DNA of 64,000 nt from Dictyostelium discoideum (GCA_000004695.1 CM000150.2:352001-416000), one strand, 5' to 3'; positions 45,064 through 58,341 are shown, counted from the first letter of the stretch. Notes: generated by a model not told the origin, from the sequence alone. Made by a program: numbers and translations.

Positions 45064-45720
45064 TTAAAAATATTAAAAAAAATGAAAAAATACAAATAAA
45101 GCATTAAAATGAATTTTATTATAACATTTTTTTTTTTTTTTTTACACAAAAATTTTTTTTTCTAATGAAAAAACTTTTTTTTTTAAAAATATCTTTTTTA
45201 TTTTTATGACGATAATGATCGGAAATTAAAAAAAAAAAAAAAATTTTGAAAATACATATGTATTTTTTTTATTTTATTTTTTTTTTATTTTCGATTATTC
45301 AAATAAGGGGAATCGCATAGAAAATAAAAAAAAAAAAAAAAAGGCGACAAACCACTTTAATGCCGAAATTTTTACATCCAACCACCCTTATATTCAAATT
45401 AATAATATTAACTTTTTTAAAAAAAATATTATGACTCAATCTGTGAATTATTATATATATATTTTGGAGTGTTTCAGATATTATCTTTGGACATTCCAAA
45501 CATGTTATCTTACTTGGCTTAGCTCAAAATAGAACCATAGGTACAGGTAGAATTTTATCAGTTAATATTTATGAATCATGTGAGATGACAACGCTATCTA
45601 ATGGCTGTAAGATACGAGTTGTACTAGATTTTAAATTAATCATGTTTATTAAATATCTACAATTTCCATAAAACAAATAATTAATTTTAATTTTTTTTAT
45701 CTTTAAAATTTCTCCTTTTT

Positions 45721-45784
<64 letters not shown>

Positions 45785-45839
45785 TTTACAATTAGATTTA
45801 ATTAAATCTATAGCAAATATCATACTTTAAATAATTAAA

Positions 45840-46340
45840 TCTTTTTTAAAAAAATTTTATCTTCCCTCCACCCCTCAACCCTTTTTTATTTTTAAAAAGA
45901 GTTTAAAAAAAAAAAAAAAAAAAGTAAAAATTGTTTAAAATAGAAATGTAATAATTAGTATTTTATTACACACTTTTAAATATTTATTATTTTTAAAATT
46001 AATTATTAAATTTGAAATATTGTGGAAATTAAAAAAAAAAAAAAAAAGTTTAAACTTTATCCACTCCTTATTTCTTATAAAATTTCTTCGCTTTTTTCAA
46101 AATAAAAAAAAAAAATTCTTTTTTTAAATAATTATTAGATGCCATATAATAAAACTGAAATAAATTTTCATACTTAATTAAATCTTTTTTTATTTTTTTT
46201 CAAAATTTTTATCTCCTTTTTAAAATAAAAAGTCAAAATTGTTTAAGAATTGAAAAATTAGTATTTTCACACATTTGAATAATAATATTTTTTTATTTTC
46301 AAAATTAATAAATAAATACCTCAATTTTAAAAAAAATAAA
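45840..46340. repeat. Local tandem duplication (~190 bp x2) of intergenic sequence between the two HIBCH-like genes
   Basis: 45830-46030 (ttaaatcttttttaaaaaaattttatcttccctcc...gtaaaaattgtttaaaatagaaatgtaataattagtattttattacacacttttaaatatttattattttt) recurs at 46177-46330 (ttaaatcttttttt...ttatctcctttttaaaataaaaagtcaaaattgtttaagaattgaaaaattagtattttcacacatttgaataataatatttt). Confidence 0.5.
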
Positions 46341-46416
46341 AAAATAAAAAAAATTTTAAAATTTATGATTATTTACTTCTTATTTTAGATAGATTTTTTT
46401 TATTTCTTTTTATTTT

Positions 46417-47601
46417 TTATTTATATAATTTTTTATGATAAAAAAGTTCTTTTTTTTCATTATCAAATGGTAAAAATAATGAATCAATATATGATTGGTC
46501 AACGTCATATATTGATGAGGGAGAGAATTTTGGTTTAAAAGATTTATCAATTAAAGCCCCATTGATGCCTTGAAATAAGTCTTTTCTTGAACAAATTCTA
46601 TTACCAATTCTATTGTCATTAATTAAAATTTCTTTTAAATCTAAATTTAAAGAACGATGTACACTATTGAATGAAACACAGATTGAAGTTGGACATGAAT
46701 TCATTAAAGTAGTAACAGTTTTAACTAACCATTCTTTTTCATTTGGATTATTATTTTCAAGTAATTCTTTATTCAATTTATTAAATATTTCTGAAACTGA
46801 ATTAAATTTTGTATTAAAACATCTTTGAATAATTTTATTATATTTCACAATATGGGATGTCTCTTTAGTAATTTTTAAATTTCTTTTATATTTATTTAAT
46901 ATAAAATCAATATCATTTTTATTTGATATATTTGGTGATAAACACAAATCATTTGTAACTTGATTAAATAAATGAAATGGTATATGATTTTGAACAAGAC
47001 CAAGCTTTAATAAATCTGGTGAATTAATAAAATTTCCAACCATTGCCAAATATAAACCAATTGCACCTAATTTAGAAAGGTAGTAACTAGTACCGACATC
47101 TGGAAAGTATCCAACCTTATTCTTAAAATTTTAAAAATTTTATAATTAGTAAAAATGAAAATAATAATTTAATATTCCCCACCAACTTACTTCTGGCATT
47201 GACCATTTAACATTTTCACTAACAATTTTATGACTACAATTAATACTTATACCAACACCACTACCAATTACAAATCCATTGATTAATGAAATAATTGGTT
47301 TTTTAAAATTGTGAATTAAATCAACAAGAGAATACATTGATGAAAGTATTGGAGTGACTCCTTCTGATGTATTTGATTTTTCAACCAACTCTTTTAAATC
47401 ACCACCAGTGGAAAATGATTTATTATTGTTACTACTTAATAAAACAAATTTAGTTTCCGGATCATTATTATATTCATTTAATTTATTAAATAAATCAATT
47501 GACATATTTAAATTTAAAGAATTTAATGATTCACTTCTATTTATTAATATTTTTCTACTTCCATTTTTAAATTCTTCAATTAAAATATTTTTTAAATTCA
47601 A
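46417..47601 (-). CDS. HIBCH-like paralog, copy 2 (tandem duplicate in the same orientation, with the intron at the homologous position), lacking an ATG at the homologous start
   Basis: Exon 1 ...KFVLLSSNNNKSFSTGGDLKEL...LINGFVIGSGVGISINCSHKIVSENVKWSMPE + GTAAGT; exon 2 NKVGYFPDVGTSYYLSKLGAIGLYLAMVGNFINSPDLLKLGLVQNHIP...; the rest of the ORF is intact. The first in-frame codon after the upstream poly-A is TTG (LNLKNILIEEFKNGSRK...), whereas copy 1 has ATG GAA AAT. The first in-frame ATG lies ~30 codons downstream. Confidence 0.55.
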
Positions 47602-48225
47602 TAATTTTTTTTTTTTTTTTTTTTTTTTGTTTTTTTTTTTTTTTTAATTTATTTTTTTAATTAATAATAATAGAAATTTCTATTTAAAATTATTGTATTT
47701 TTTTAGATTTTGTTATTTTTGTTTTAATTAAATTTGTTTTTTTTTTTAAACTAAAAATTTTACTTAAGTTTTCTGTTTTCTGGTTTTTTTTTTTTTTTTT
47801 CGGAAAATAGCATTACTTTAAAAAAATAAATATTAATTTATTTTAATTAAATTTGGAAAAAAAATAATATATTAGATCCTACCAACAGGATTTTTTTTTT
47901 TTGTAAAATTTTAGTAGATAATTTGATTAAAATTTTAAAAGTGGGAAAAAATAAAGTGGGAATTTTTGAAAAAAAAAAAAAAAAAAGAAAATAAATAATA
48001 AAAATATGGAAATTTGTCGCCTATTGTATGGGATTATAATTTTTTTATAAAATTTAAACTATTAAGATTAAAATTTTTTTTTTTTTTTTTTTTTTAAGGC
48101 CAGATAATGAAATACCTAAATATAAAATTAACAAGTAAAAAAAAATAGAAACTTAAAATTTATTTTAAAAACATTATTTCCTTTTTTTTTGTTTAATTTT
48201 ATTTTATTAAAATTAAAAATTTAAA

Positions 48226-48262
<37 letters not shown>

Positions 48263-48349
48263 TTAATTAATTTTTTAAATTTGTTAATTTTTTTATTTTA
48301 TTTTATTTTATTTTTTTTTTTTTTATTTTTTTAATTATATTTCCTTTAT

Positions 48350-51300
48350 TCAATTTGATTCATTTCCAAATGTAATTGAAGAATTTTTATTTGATTTTGA
48401 ATTAATTGAAGAAGAATTTAAATCAGTTGAGGAGGAAGAAGAACTTGTATTTTTCATTTTAACAATTGACCTTATACTCTTTCTTGTATATTTACCAAGT
48501 GGAATTTGATTATTTGTTACAAGTAATACAATGACAGGAATCATTTCAGTTACGATTAAACCAACAAAAGAGAAAATAATATTACTTGGATTAACAGAAA
48601 CCAAGATTACAATGAAAATACAATGTAATACAAAACCGGTACCACATAAAACTGTGATAACAAAAGTTCTATTTCTTTGTTTATTTGCAGAGGTTTGAGA
48701 GGTTTTACTAGAGAGAGCTGATAATTTATTATAAATTTGTCTACCATAATAAATGAAAGCAATACCAATTGCCAAAGAAAGACAAGCTTGTAAAACTGCA
48801 TAAAATATTGAAACTGCATTTTGTGGTGTAGTCTGTTCCAAATTAATTAATAATCTACCACCACATGATTTTGGTGTTGATTGTTTAGTGAAATTGTAAA
48901 CTATAACAATTATAATGAAAACTATATAAAGTACAACATTGATTAAAAACACCATCATATTAATACGACCGTAAATATCATTACTAAACGATGATGCGTT
49001 ACTTAACATATACCAAATTACAATTACAATTGTAAAAGCAGTGAAATATAAAAATGTTGGTAAAACCACTAAAATATAATTTCCAACGGTTGTAGTCTCT
49101 GTAATGATACCATTTGGTAAAATGAAGAAATAAATTGATCTAATCAAAGAGAATGCAGTAAGTACTAAAAATAAAAGATGTACTAATTTAAATGGTTCAG
49201 TTGATAAAACTTTTTGAATTGTAAAGAAACCAAGATGTAATAAACCATAAATACCTAATAAACAAAATAAAACTGCTAAAACATATAATAAACCTGATGA
49301 ACTATTATTAAATGGTTTAAAATTTTCATTTTCCCAATTTGAAATTCTTTCAATTAAAAAGTATGATCTTTTACCAATTTCAATAAAATTAATTATTTCA
49401 CCACGGTCATTTAAAATTTCATCATCATCATCGTTGTCATTAGTTTTTTGATTTGAATTAAAACCATTTGAATTTTTAAAATTAATTAAACAACAATATC
49501 TATTTTTTTCATCAATTTCAATTAAACATTCTAATGGTATTAATTGACCTTGATCATTATTTTCTAAATAACCAAAATCAATAATTGGATTCTTTTTTGA
49601 ATTTCTTGAAATTGTTTGTGACATACAAATTTTAAAATTTATAACACCCTGATCAAAAATTTCTAAATTTATACCATCATTTAATAGTTTACCAATTACT
49701 GCTTTTTTATTATTAAAGAATGAATAATCATCAGGTTTATCAAATGATACAAAAGTTGAAGATAATGAAATCACTTTTTTAGATAAGAAAGTTTCTTTAT
49801 AAATTTGACCAATTGAAATTGAAACACAAGAACTTTCATCGATTGAACCCAACGAAAATGATAATGAACCATCATTGAAAATGGTAGTATTTGATGGATC
49901 ATAACATGGTTTTATAACTTTTAAAACTGGTGTATCTAAATCATTATAACAATCATCACCAATACCATCGGATGAACAACCACATGATAATGCCTCTAAT
50001 GAATTCTTTGAATTTGATGTACGACATAAAATTTCAGATTTATATAATAAATTGGTTCTACTTTGTGCTGCATTATCAAATGATGTGAAAAATCTACCTA
50101 AATCCAATGACAATTGAAAGTTGGCAATATATTTAACAGGTTCATCATTTTTAATCCATTTTAATGGTACAGCCACTGCAGGTGTCCAAATACCAGATGT
50201 CCAGCTAAATGGTTGTTTCCAAGTTTCACCAGCATATTTACAATCATTTTCATTCTTTTCATTAAATCTAAAAGTTAATGGTAGTAAATAACCACCTGGT
50301 GATCTATCAATACCATAACATAATGGTTCATATTTTGTTTGTTCACATTCATCTCTATTGGCAGCAGGTAAAGTCCACCACCATTTTCCACCAGTTTGTT
50401 CGCAAGTGGTTTGATCTATAAATGTTAAATTGAAACAACCAAATGGTGAATCAATTTGAGTTTGAAATTCACAAGTTGGTAAACTTGCACCAATCAATGC
50501 TTTACTAGTACGTGGATATAAACATTTTGGTTGATAAGGATTACTATCACCGATTTTATAATTAAAATAATATTGATCATCACATTTACCAGAGTTTTCA
50601 CAATCAATTTTATTTGTACATGGAATTTCATATAATCCACAAAATAAACCAAATGAATTACAACCATTAACTAAATCATTACAATAAGTACATTGATCAT
50701 ATGAAAAATCACCACAATTTTTAAATACTGTATTTGAATAATCAGTTGAACAAGTACTTTCATTAATTGATGTATAAATACAATACATTGTTGATGATGA
50801 TTCATCAAACCATTTTTCATGTGATTCATTATTAATTTCTGGACAAACTGTAACTCCAGTTCCAAATGTTGATAATGGTATGAAACAACCTGTAAATTGT
50901 GAACATTCTAAACCACAACCAACTGTACAACTACCATAATTATCTGAACATTCACTTTCATCATTTACAGTAAATAAATCATAATCTACAAATTTATCAT
51001 TACTATGATCTTGTTTATAACAAACAAAATTATTGTTACCCGATTCACAAGATGATTGATTTAAAAAGTTTGAATCAACATAACAATTTCTAATTGGATC
51101 AGTACAATCACCACAGAAATAATCTGGTGGATTATTATTTAAACAATCATTAATTAAATTTGTAGTATCATAACCATCATACCAATTCATTGTACCTTGA
51201 TAATCTAACCAATTACAACGTGCTAAAGCTAAACAAGAATCCTTTGGGAATGCTTCAACTAACCATGTGAAAATATTTAAACCAGTGAAACAACTATCAT

Positions 51301-53975
51301 AAACTATTGATGGTGTAGTTTGATCTAAACCAATAACCAATGGAAAACAAAAACCATTTGTAGAGGTACTTGATGAATATGCAAAACTTTTTCTAGCCCA
51401 TGATGAAGTACCCAATGGATAATTACAATCATTAGTTTGATGTTTTTTCATTAATTCAATTGATAATTCTCTTTCATTTTCAAAATTATTATTTAATAAC
51501 CCCAATATTGATAAAACATCAGTTCTTAATGGTGTTGAAATATTTGATAATATACAACTTACAAAATTTAATTCCAATTCTGAATATGCAATTAAACATA
51601 ATCCATTTCTTTTATTACAACTAGTTGTAATATTTAAATTTGAAGAGTTATAATAATTTTCACAATCTAAATCCTCTTTACAAACAATTGGATAAATTGA
51701 TGGTTTACAAGCTCTAAAAACTTTATAAAGTGAATCTGTATAATAGTTTTGTTCATCTTGAGTTACACTACATTGTTCAAATTGTGTACCTGTTATAGTT
51801 TCAGAGAAAGTATTTAAAACTGATTCTGTACAATCTGGATATGAACATTTTTCATTCATTTGATCGTTATTTACACCATTGAATACTGTTGTTGTAATAT
51901 TTTGTAATCTTGGTCTACAAACTGATTTAAAAGTTGCATAAAAACTACAACATGGGTCATTGTAATAGTTGTTAATATCATTGGTTTCCGAGCAAAGTGT
52001 TGTATTTATTAAGGTTGTAGTTTGATTTAATATTAATAAATTCTCGGCCATTTTCTGACAAGAATTATAATCATCATAAAAACTTAACACATCTAAATAG
52101 TAACGTAATCCACTTATAGTTGATGAAGTTGCATTATCAATTGATTTTAAAACTGAATCGAAAATTTCATTAATTTTTGAAAATTTATTAAATGTACATT
52201 CTGGATTAACTTGATTACCAATTGATTTAGAACCAACTATTAAACTACCATTACCATAGACTAATCTATTTTTAAATGTTAATACTGTACTTGACAAATC
52301 CTCTTCATTAAAGAAATTATATGTATTACCATCAACTGTCAATGATATTATTAATCCAAATTGATAAGTATTTTTTAAAACTAAATTTGATGTGGTTTCA
52401 TTAAATGCAATACCATTAAATTTTGGTACATTTAATGAACGTTCACCATAAATTGATGGTACTGGATATAATGGATTTAAATTGGTTCTTGGAAATGTTG
52501 GTAAATAAACTGTACATTCAACATCATAATTTTCACAATTATATTTTTTACCACCATTTTTTTTAACTTCTAAAAAACTTGTACCTGCTAATGCCCAAGT
52601 ACCAGATAATGATGGATTATTTGTAATATCTCTTAATTTATATTTACCAAATGTTGAAATATAAAAATAAACATCTGATTCATAAAATGTATAAATTCCA
52701 AAAAATAATGTTTTATTATTTTCACCTTTATTTGGACATAATTGAATTATTAAATTATCATCCACTAAATAATAATAATAAAAAAAAATAAAAAAAAAAA
52801 AAATAAAAAATAAAAGTTAATAAAATTTCAACTCTTGGTCTTATTATTAATTTTTTCAAAAAAAAACTTACAAGAAAATGTTGAAGACCATTTATAATTT
52901 GTATTTGAAAATTCTGATAATTCTAAAATATTATCAGTTGCAAATATATCAACATCATTTTGTAAAACAACATTTGAAATTGTTATATTTTTACATTGAT
53001 TAATTGTTAAAGAATATTTTAAAAATGAATTAACTGGTACAAGTGTTGGTATATAAACTTCTTCACCATCATTTAAGCATTGATAATCTGGATGAACATT
53101 TGTACAAGTTGGTGATGGTGATGGTGATGGTGATGGTGGTGATGGTGGTTGAATTGGAATTTCTTCAATTAAAACTTTATAAATTAAATCAGAACCAGCA
53201 CCAACATTTTTAATAGCAATATGAACTGTACCATAAGGATATTGTGAACGATAGTGACCTGCATAAGTTGTATTTAAAGCTGGTGATGATGGACACATTA
53301 CAATTGATGCATCACATTCTTCAGATTGTACAATTCTAGATGCACCATTTGCCAATGGATAGAATGGATAAATATCTGATGAAATTTCACCTAAACCTTG
53401 GATGGTTTTAAAGGTGATTTTATAACCTACACATTCTGATGACGCATAAAATCTATAAAGTTGATAGGATTGGTAATAGGTGTCTATGAAACCTTGAGTT
53501 TCATTACCAATTTCAATATCTTTCCAATTCATTTCACATGGTGTATAGAAAAATCTTTGTGAAAATAATTCATCACATACTTCGCATTCTGGTGGTCTAT
53601 CATCATATCCAGCTTCACAACCTTTATGTGTATAATCACATGGTGGACATTCACTTGGATATGGTGGACATGTTGCATTTGGACATGTATAACTTTCTAA
53701 TAAATAAATTGGTTCTTCAAAATAAATTGAACCACTAACAATTTTAATATTTGTATCTAATAAATTTAATGATTTAATTGTATAATTTGAATTTACATTT
53801 TTTAATTCAATTTCTTCACAATTTATAATTTTTAAAACTTAAAAAAAAAAAAAAAAAAAAAAGTTAATGGAAAAAAGTTAAAAATAAATTTTAAAAATAT
53901 CATTATTATAAAAAAAAAATAAAAAATCTTACCAATTATAAAAAAAAATAAATAAATAATTAATTTTCTAATCAT
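48350..53975 (-). CDS. Large receptor-like membrane glycoprotein (~1750 aa): signal peptide, long Cys-rich extracellular region, C-terminal multi-pass (7-9 TM) domain. Exon 1 is ~53933..53975; exon 2 is ~52872..53836; exon 3 is 48350..~52765.
   Basis: Exon 1 MIRKLIIYLFFFII + GTAAGA (phase 1) joins exon 2 VLKIINCEEIELKN...CPNATCPPYPSECPPCDYTHKGCEAGYDD..., then an SPPSPSPSPSP linker. Exon 2 ends ...STFS + GTAAGT (phase 1). The exon 3 acceptor tatttag lies immediately before the listed ORF, whose first codon is GTG not ATG. Dozens of Cys and many N-glycosylation sites follow, and the C-terminal 400 aa hold repeated hydrophobic helices (LLYVLAVLFCLLGIYGLLHLGFF...). Confidence 0.6.
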
Positions 53976-54197
53976 TATTTTTTTATTTTATATATATTTT
54001 TAAAATGGTGACTTTTTGTTTTTTTTTTTTTTATTTTTCTTTATTTTTTAGATTTTTTTCAGATTTTTTAAAAAAATAAAAATAAAAATAAAATAAAAAT
54101 AAAAAAATTCGTTTTTATAAAACAAAAAAAATATAAAAAATTAAAAAAAACCTTTAATCGAAAATTTGATAGGTTATTTTTATTTATAAATAAATAA

Positions 54198-54260
<63 letters not shown>

Positions 54261-54607
54261 GAAAAGAAAAAAAAAAAAAAAATAAAAAAAATATAATAGT
54301 AATAAAAAAAAAAGTCTGTTCAACGAAAAAGAAAATATCTTTTTTTTTTTTTTTTTTTTTAAAAAAAAGTAAAAAAAAAAAAAAAAAAAAAACATCACAC
54401 TTTTTTTTTTATTATTTTTGTTGTCATGATGGTTTTTTTTTTTTTTTTAAGAATACTTTCCACTGCCAAAGATTTTTTTTTTTTATTTTTTTTTATTTTT
54501 TTTTTTTACTTTCACTTTTTTTTCTTAAAAATAATTTCAAATAAAAGAATTGTTATGTGTGGATTATGGGGGTGTTATGTGATTGGTAAAAAAAGTTTTA
54601 TTTTTAG

Positions 54608-54644
<37 letters not shown>

Positions 54645-54647
54645 TTT

Positions 54648-56225
54648 TTATTTTTTATTTAAAGGGAGAATAACTTTTTGATTATTCATAAATGGTTGTA
54701 AAACTTTTGGAATTAAAACTGAACCATCAGATTGTTGATTATTTTCTAAAATGGCTAAAATTAAACGTGGTATAGCACAAGCTGTACCATTTAAAGTATG
54801 AGTGAATAATGGTGGTATTGAATTATCAATTTCATTATTATTATTACTATTATTATTATTATCATCATTTAAAATTTGTGGTGATGGAATAATTTTATAA
54901 TTATTTTCAACAAATTGTTGAATTTGGAAATCATCTTTTGTTGATTGATATTTTATATTTAATCTTTTACTTTGATAATCGGTGCAATTTGAAGCACTGC
55001 TGATTTCACCATATTCTTGTTTTGAAGGTATCCAAACTTCTATATCATATTTTCTGTATGCTGGTGCACCTAAATCTTCAGATGGCATATCTAGCACTCT
55101 GAAATGTAGACCTAATTCACTGAATAATTCAATTTGAATTTTTAAAAGTTCCTCAAGAATCTCATTAGATTCGTGTGGTTTTGAAATGATAAACATCTCA
55201 ACCTTACTAAACTGGTGTACCCTATAGATGCCCTTATTTTGCAAGCCTCTGCCAGCCTCGGGTCTGAAACAGTGTGAATAGCCCACCATTTTAATAGGCA
55301 ACTCTGCAGATTGCAATGGCTCCTCATTGGCGTACATACCCGCTAATGGGATTTCAGAAGTTGCCGATAGGCAAAGATCCCTATCCTTAATCCAAAACAA
55401 TTGGTCAGCATCTGAACGTGCATGAAACCCACAAGCTTCTGCCAAATTTGGGTGAATCAAATCTGGTGTTATCACAGACTGAAATCCGTATTTATAAGTT
55501 AGTTTAGAAAATGCCCAATAGGACAACGCCATTTCCAGCATGGCACCCTCCCTTGTGAAATAGTAGTATTTATGACCGGTGGTCTTTGAAGCCGATCGAA
55601 TCACTCCTAAACTCTCACCCAACTCTAAATGATCTTTAATTGGTTCATCTGGTTTTAAATAATTTGGTTTCTCACCAACCATTTTAATAATGTTTGCATT
55701 GGATTCTGCTCCTATTGGCACTGATGGGTGTGTATTATTTGGTATTTTCAAAGCTTCACTTGTGATCTCATTGAAGTATATATCATGTTTCTCTTCCAAT
55801 GCTATTAAATCCTCTTTCACTTGTTTACCTTGTTCAACTAATTCCAATCTATCATTTTTATTACTTTCACCACCACCTTTCATCATTAATTTCATCTTTG
55901 ATGCAATTTCATTTCTTTTTGCTCTAAATGTATCCAATTCTTTCTTTATAATTCTATATTCATCATAATTTTTAATTAATTTCTCTAATTCAACTGGTGA
56001 TTTTCTTTTTATAATATTTTCTTTAATTTGATTTTCATTATCTTTTATAAATTGAAAATCAATTCTTGGTTTAATTTGATTAACAATAATATGTTGTTGC
56101 TGTTGTTGTTGATTAATTTCATTTTGGTCAATTTGCTTAATTTTACTTGTATAATATTTTAATAAATTTGAATTTAAATTTAATTTATTATTACATTGAT
56201 TAAAATTTTTAAATAATTTTAACAT
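54648..56225 (-). CDS. Seryl-tRNA synthetase (class II), organellar/mitochondrial-type with N-terminal extension
   Basis: 525-aa ORF. N-terminal coiled-coil arm. Class II motifs ...YYYFTREGAMLEMALSYWAF..., motif 2 HCFRPEAGRGLQNKGIYRVHQFSKVEMF, motif 3 ...GTACAIPRLILAILENNQ. Confidence 0.8.
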   Translation of the reverse strand: MLKLFKNFNQCNNKLNLNSNLLKYYTSKIKQIDQNEINQQQQQQHIIVNQIKPRIDFQFIKDNENQIKENIIKRKSPVELEKLIKNYDEYRIIKKELDTFRAKRNEIASKMKLMMKGGGESNKNDRLELVEQGKQVKEDLIALEEKHDIYFNEITSEALKIPNNTHPSVPIGAESNANIIKMVGEKPNYLKPDEPIKDHLELGESLGVIRSASKTTGHKYYYFTREGAMLEMALSYWAFSKLTYKYGFQSVITPDLIHPNLAEACGFHARSDADQLFWIKDRDLCLSATSEIPLAGMYANEEPLQSAELPIKMVGYSHCFRPEAGRGLQNKGIYRVHQFSKVEMFIISKPHESNEILEELLKIQIELFSELGLHFRVLDMPSEDLGAPAYRKYDIEVWIPSKQEYGEISSASNCTDYQSKRLNIKYQSTKDDFQIQQFVENNYKIIPSPQILNDDNNNNSNNNNEIDNSIPPLFTHTLNGTACAIPRLILAILENNQQSDGSVLIPKVLQPFMNNQKVILPLNKK

Positions 56226-56246
56226 TTTAATAATAATTGATTTTGG

Positions 56247-56293
<47 letters not shown>

Positions 56294-56721
56294 GACAATT
56301 AAAAAAATTAAAAAAAAATAAAAATAAAAAAAAAAAAATAAAATAAAGTGATTTCTTTTTTTTATAAAAAAAAAAAAAAAAATTAAAAAAATCAATGAAA
56401 TCTCGAAATAAATATTCTTTAATTTGTAGAATTTAATTAATTTTTTTTTAAAAAAAAAAATGAAAAAATAATTATAAATAAAAAAATCTGATTTTCAAAA
56501 AATTAATAATAATAATAATAATAAAAAAAATTGATAAATCAAATAAATAGTTTTTCGTTTTTTCAAAATATGGAAAATTAAAAAAAAAAAAAAATTAAAA
56601 AAAAAAAAAATTAAAAAAAATAAAATTCTCAAAAACGAGAAATTTTTATTTTTATTTTTTTTTTATTTTTTTTATTTTTTTTTTTATCATCAATTCACAC
56701 ACATATATATAAATAAAAAAG

Positions 56722-56830
56722 ATGGCAAGAAAACCAGGTCTTGCACCAAAAAAAGTTCCATTACAAAAATTAAATAAAACAAACCCGTAAGTTTTCCATA
56801 TGTTACAAAAATTTTTATTATTATAATACT

Positions 56831-56864
<34 letters not shown>

Positions 56865-57582
56865 GAAATTTTTCAAATAGACAAAAACAAATACAGAGAA
56901 GTAAACAAGAAGATGAACATAGAAAGAAATTAGAAGAAATGTAATATATTTTAGAAATTTATATTTATTATTATTATTATATATATTAATTAGTTTTTTT
57001 TTTTTTTTTAAATAAAATAAATTTAATTAATAATAGACCAGAAGATAATACATCACATATGTTTTTTTCATATAATGAAGCATTAGTACCACCATATCAT
57101 GTTATTATAGATACAAATTTTATAAATTTCTCAATTTCACATAAATTAGATATTATTCATTCATTAATGGATTGTTTATATGCTAAATGTATACCATATA
57201 TTTCAGATTGTGTAGCTGCAGAAATTGAAAGATTAGGATCTAAATTTAAAGTTGCATTAAAGTAAAGATTATTAAAAAATTAAAATTAAAAAAAAAAAAA
57301 GAAATTTTTAGAAAAATTTATTAATAATTTATTAAATTATTATTATTATTTTTTAAATTTAGAATTTCAAAAGATCCAAGATTCCAAAGATTAACATGTT
57401 CACATAAAGGTACATATGCAGATGATTGTATTATAAATAGAATAACAATGCACAGAATGTTTATAGTTGCAACTTGTGATGCAGATTTAAGAAGAAGAAT
57501 TCGTAAAATTCCTGGTGTACCAATTGTTTATCTTAAAGGAAAGAAATATACTGTTGAAAGAATGCCAGATTTATTACAATAA
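56722..57582 (+). CDS. fcf1: rRNA-processing protein FCF1 (PIN-domain nuclease of the SSU processome). Four exons: 56722..56786, 56866..56940, 57037..57261, 57363..57582.
   Basis: The spliced product [22 protein letters not shown]|[24 protein letters not shown]|[76 protein letters not shown]|[73 protein letters not shown] aligns with human FCF1 ([21 protein letters not shown]...[56 protein letters not shown]...[13 protein letters not shown]). All junctions are phase 2 and lengths are consistent. Confidence 0.85.
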
Positions 57583-57669
57583 AAAAAATAAAAAAATAAT
57601 AATAATATATATATTTTAAATTTGTATTTTATTTTATTGGTTTATTTTTTTTTTTTTTTTTTTTTTTTT

Positions 57670-58341
57670 TCAAAGACAAACATATTGCGAAGAATATTGA
57701 TTTGGATTATTTAGACGACAAGTTATTTCACCTTGAGCATGACCAATTGGACCACCTTTACAAGAAGTACCAAAATATTTTGTAGTTGAATAATTTGTTG
57801 AATTACAAGTTTGAATGAATGAATAAGTTTGATCTTCATTGATACATGTATTTAATGGAGTGATTTCTAAATTGACTAAATCCTCTTTACTACCACAATC
57901 ATCGTCTTGTGATGTATAAACTAGGAAACCACTTGTTGGAATTTCAATACTATCAACACATGAATATACTGTTGGATAAGATTGAGATGAATTTGTATCA
58001 CAAACATCATTCTCAATTACCATACTAAACACTATTGAACCATTACAATTATATCCTTCATACATATCATATATAATTTTACCATCATCTCTACATGTAA
58101 AAACATTACCAAAATAACATGCATTATCAATTGAATAAACTGTATTTACAACTTCTTCTGAACATTTATCATCAATAAAATTATATCCTTTTTGTACTAT
58201 ATATTTTTTATTTAATGATGATGAAGAAGAAGAAGAAGAAGTAGATAAAGATATTCTATTATTTGATATTATTGATGTTGAAAAATTTGGTGTTATATTA
58301 TATACAGATATTATTATTAAAATTAATAATATTATTTTCAT
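57670..58341 (-). CDS. Small secreted cysteine-rich protein (223 aa), unknown family
   Basis: Signal peptide MKIILLILIIISVYNI, poly-Ser tract, ~14 Cys in the mature region, ends in Cys-Leu. Single exon. Confidence 0.55.
   Translation of the reverse strand: MKIILLILIIISVYNITPNFSTSIISNNRISLSTSSSSSSSSLNKKYIVQKGYNFIDDKCSEEVVNTVYSIDNACYFGNVFTCRDDGKIIYDMYEGYNCNGSIVFSMVIENDVCDTNSSQSYPTVYSCVDSIEIPTSGFLVYTSQDDDCGSKEDLVNLEITPLNTCINEDQTYSFIQTCNSTNYSTTKYFGTSCKGGPIGHAQGEITCRLNNPNQYSSQYVCL

Noticed and set aside
45343-48026. 10-bp inverted match aggcgacaaa / tttgtcgcct flanking the duplicated HIBCH pair
   Set aside because: Identity does not extend beyond 10 bp, which is too short to call terminal repeats of a duplicated block.
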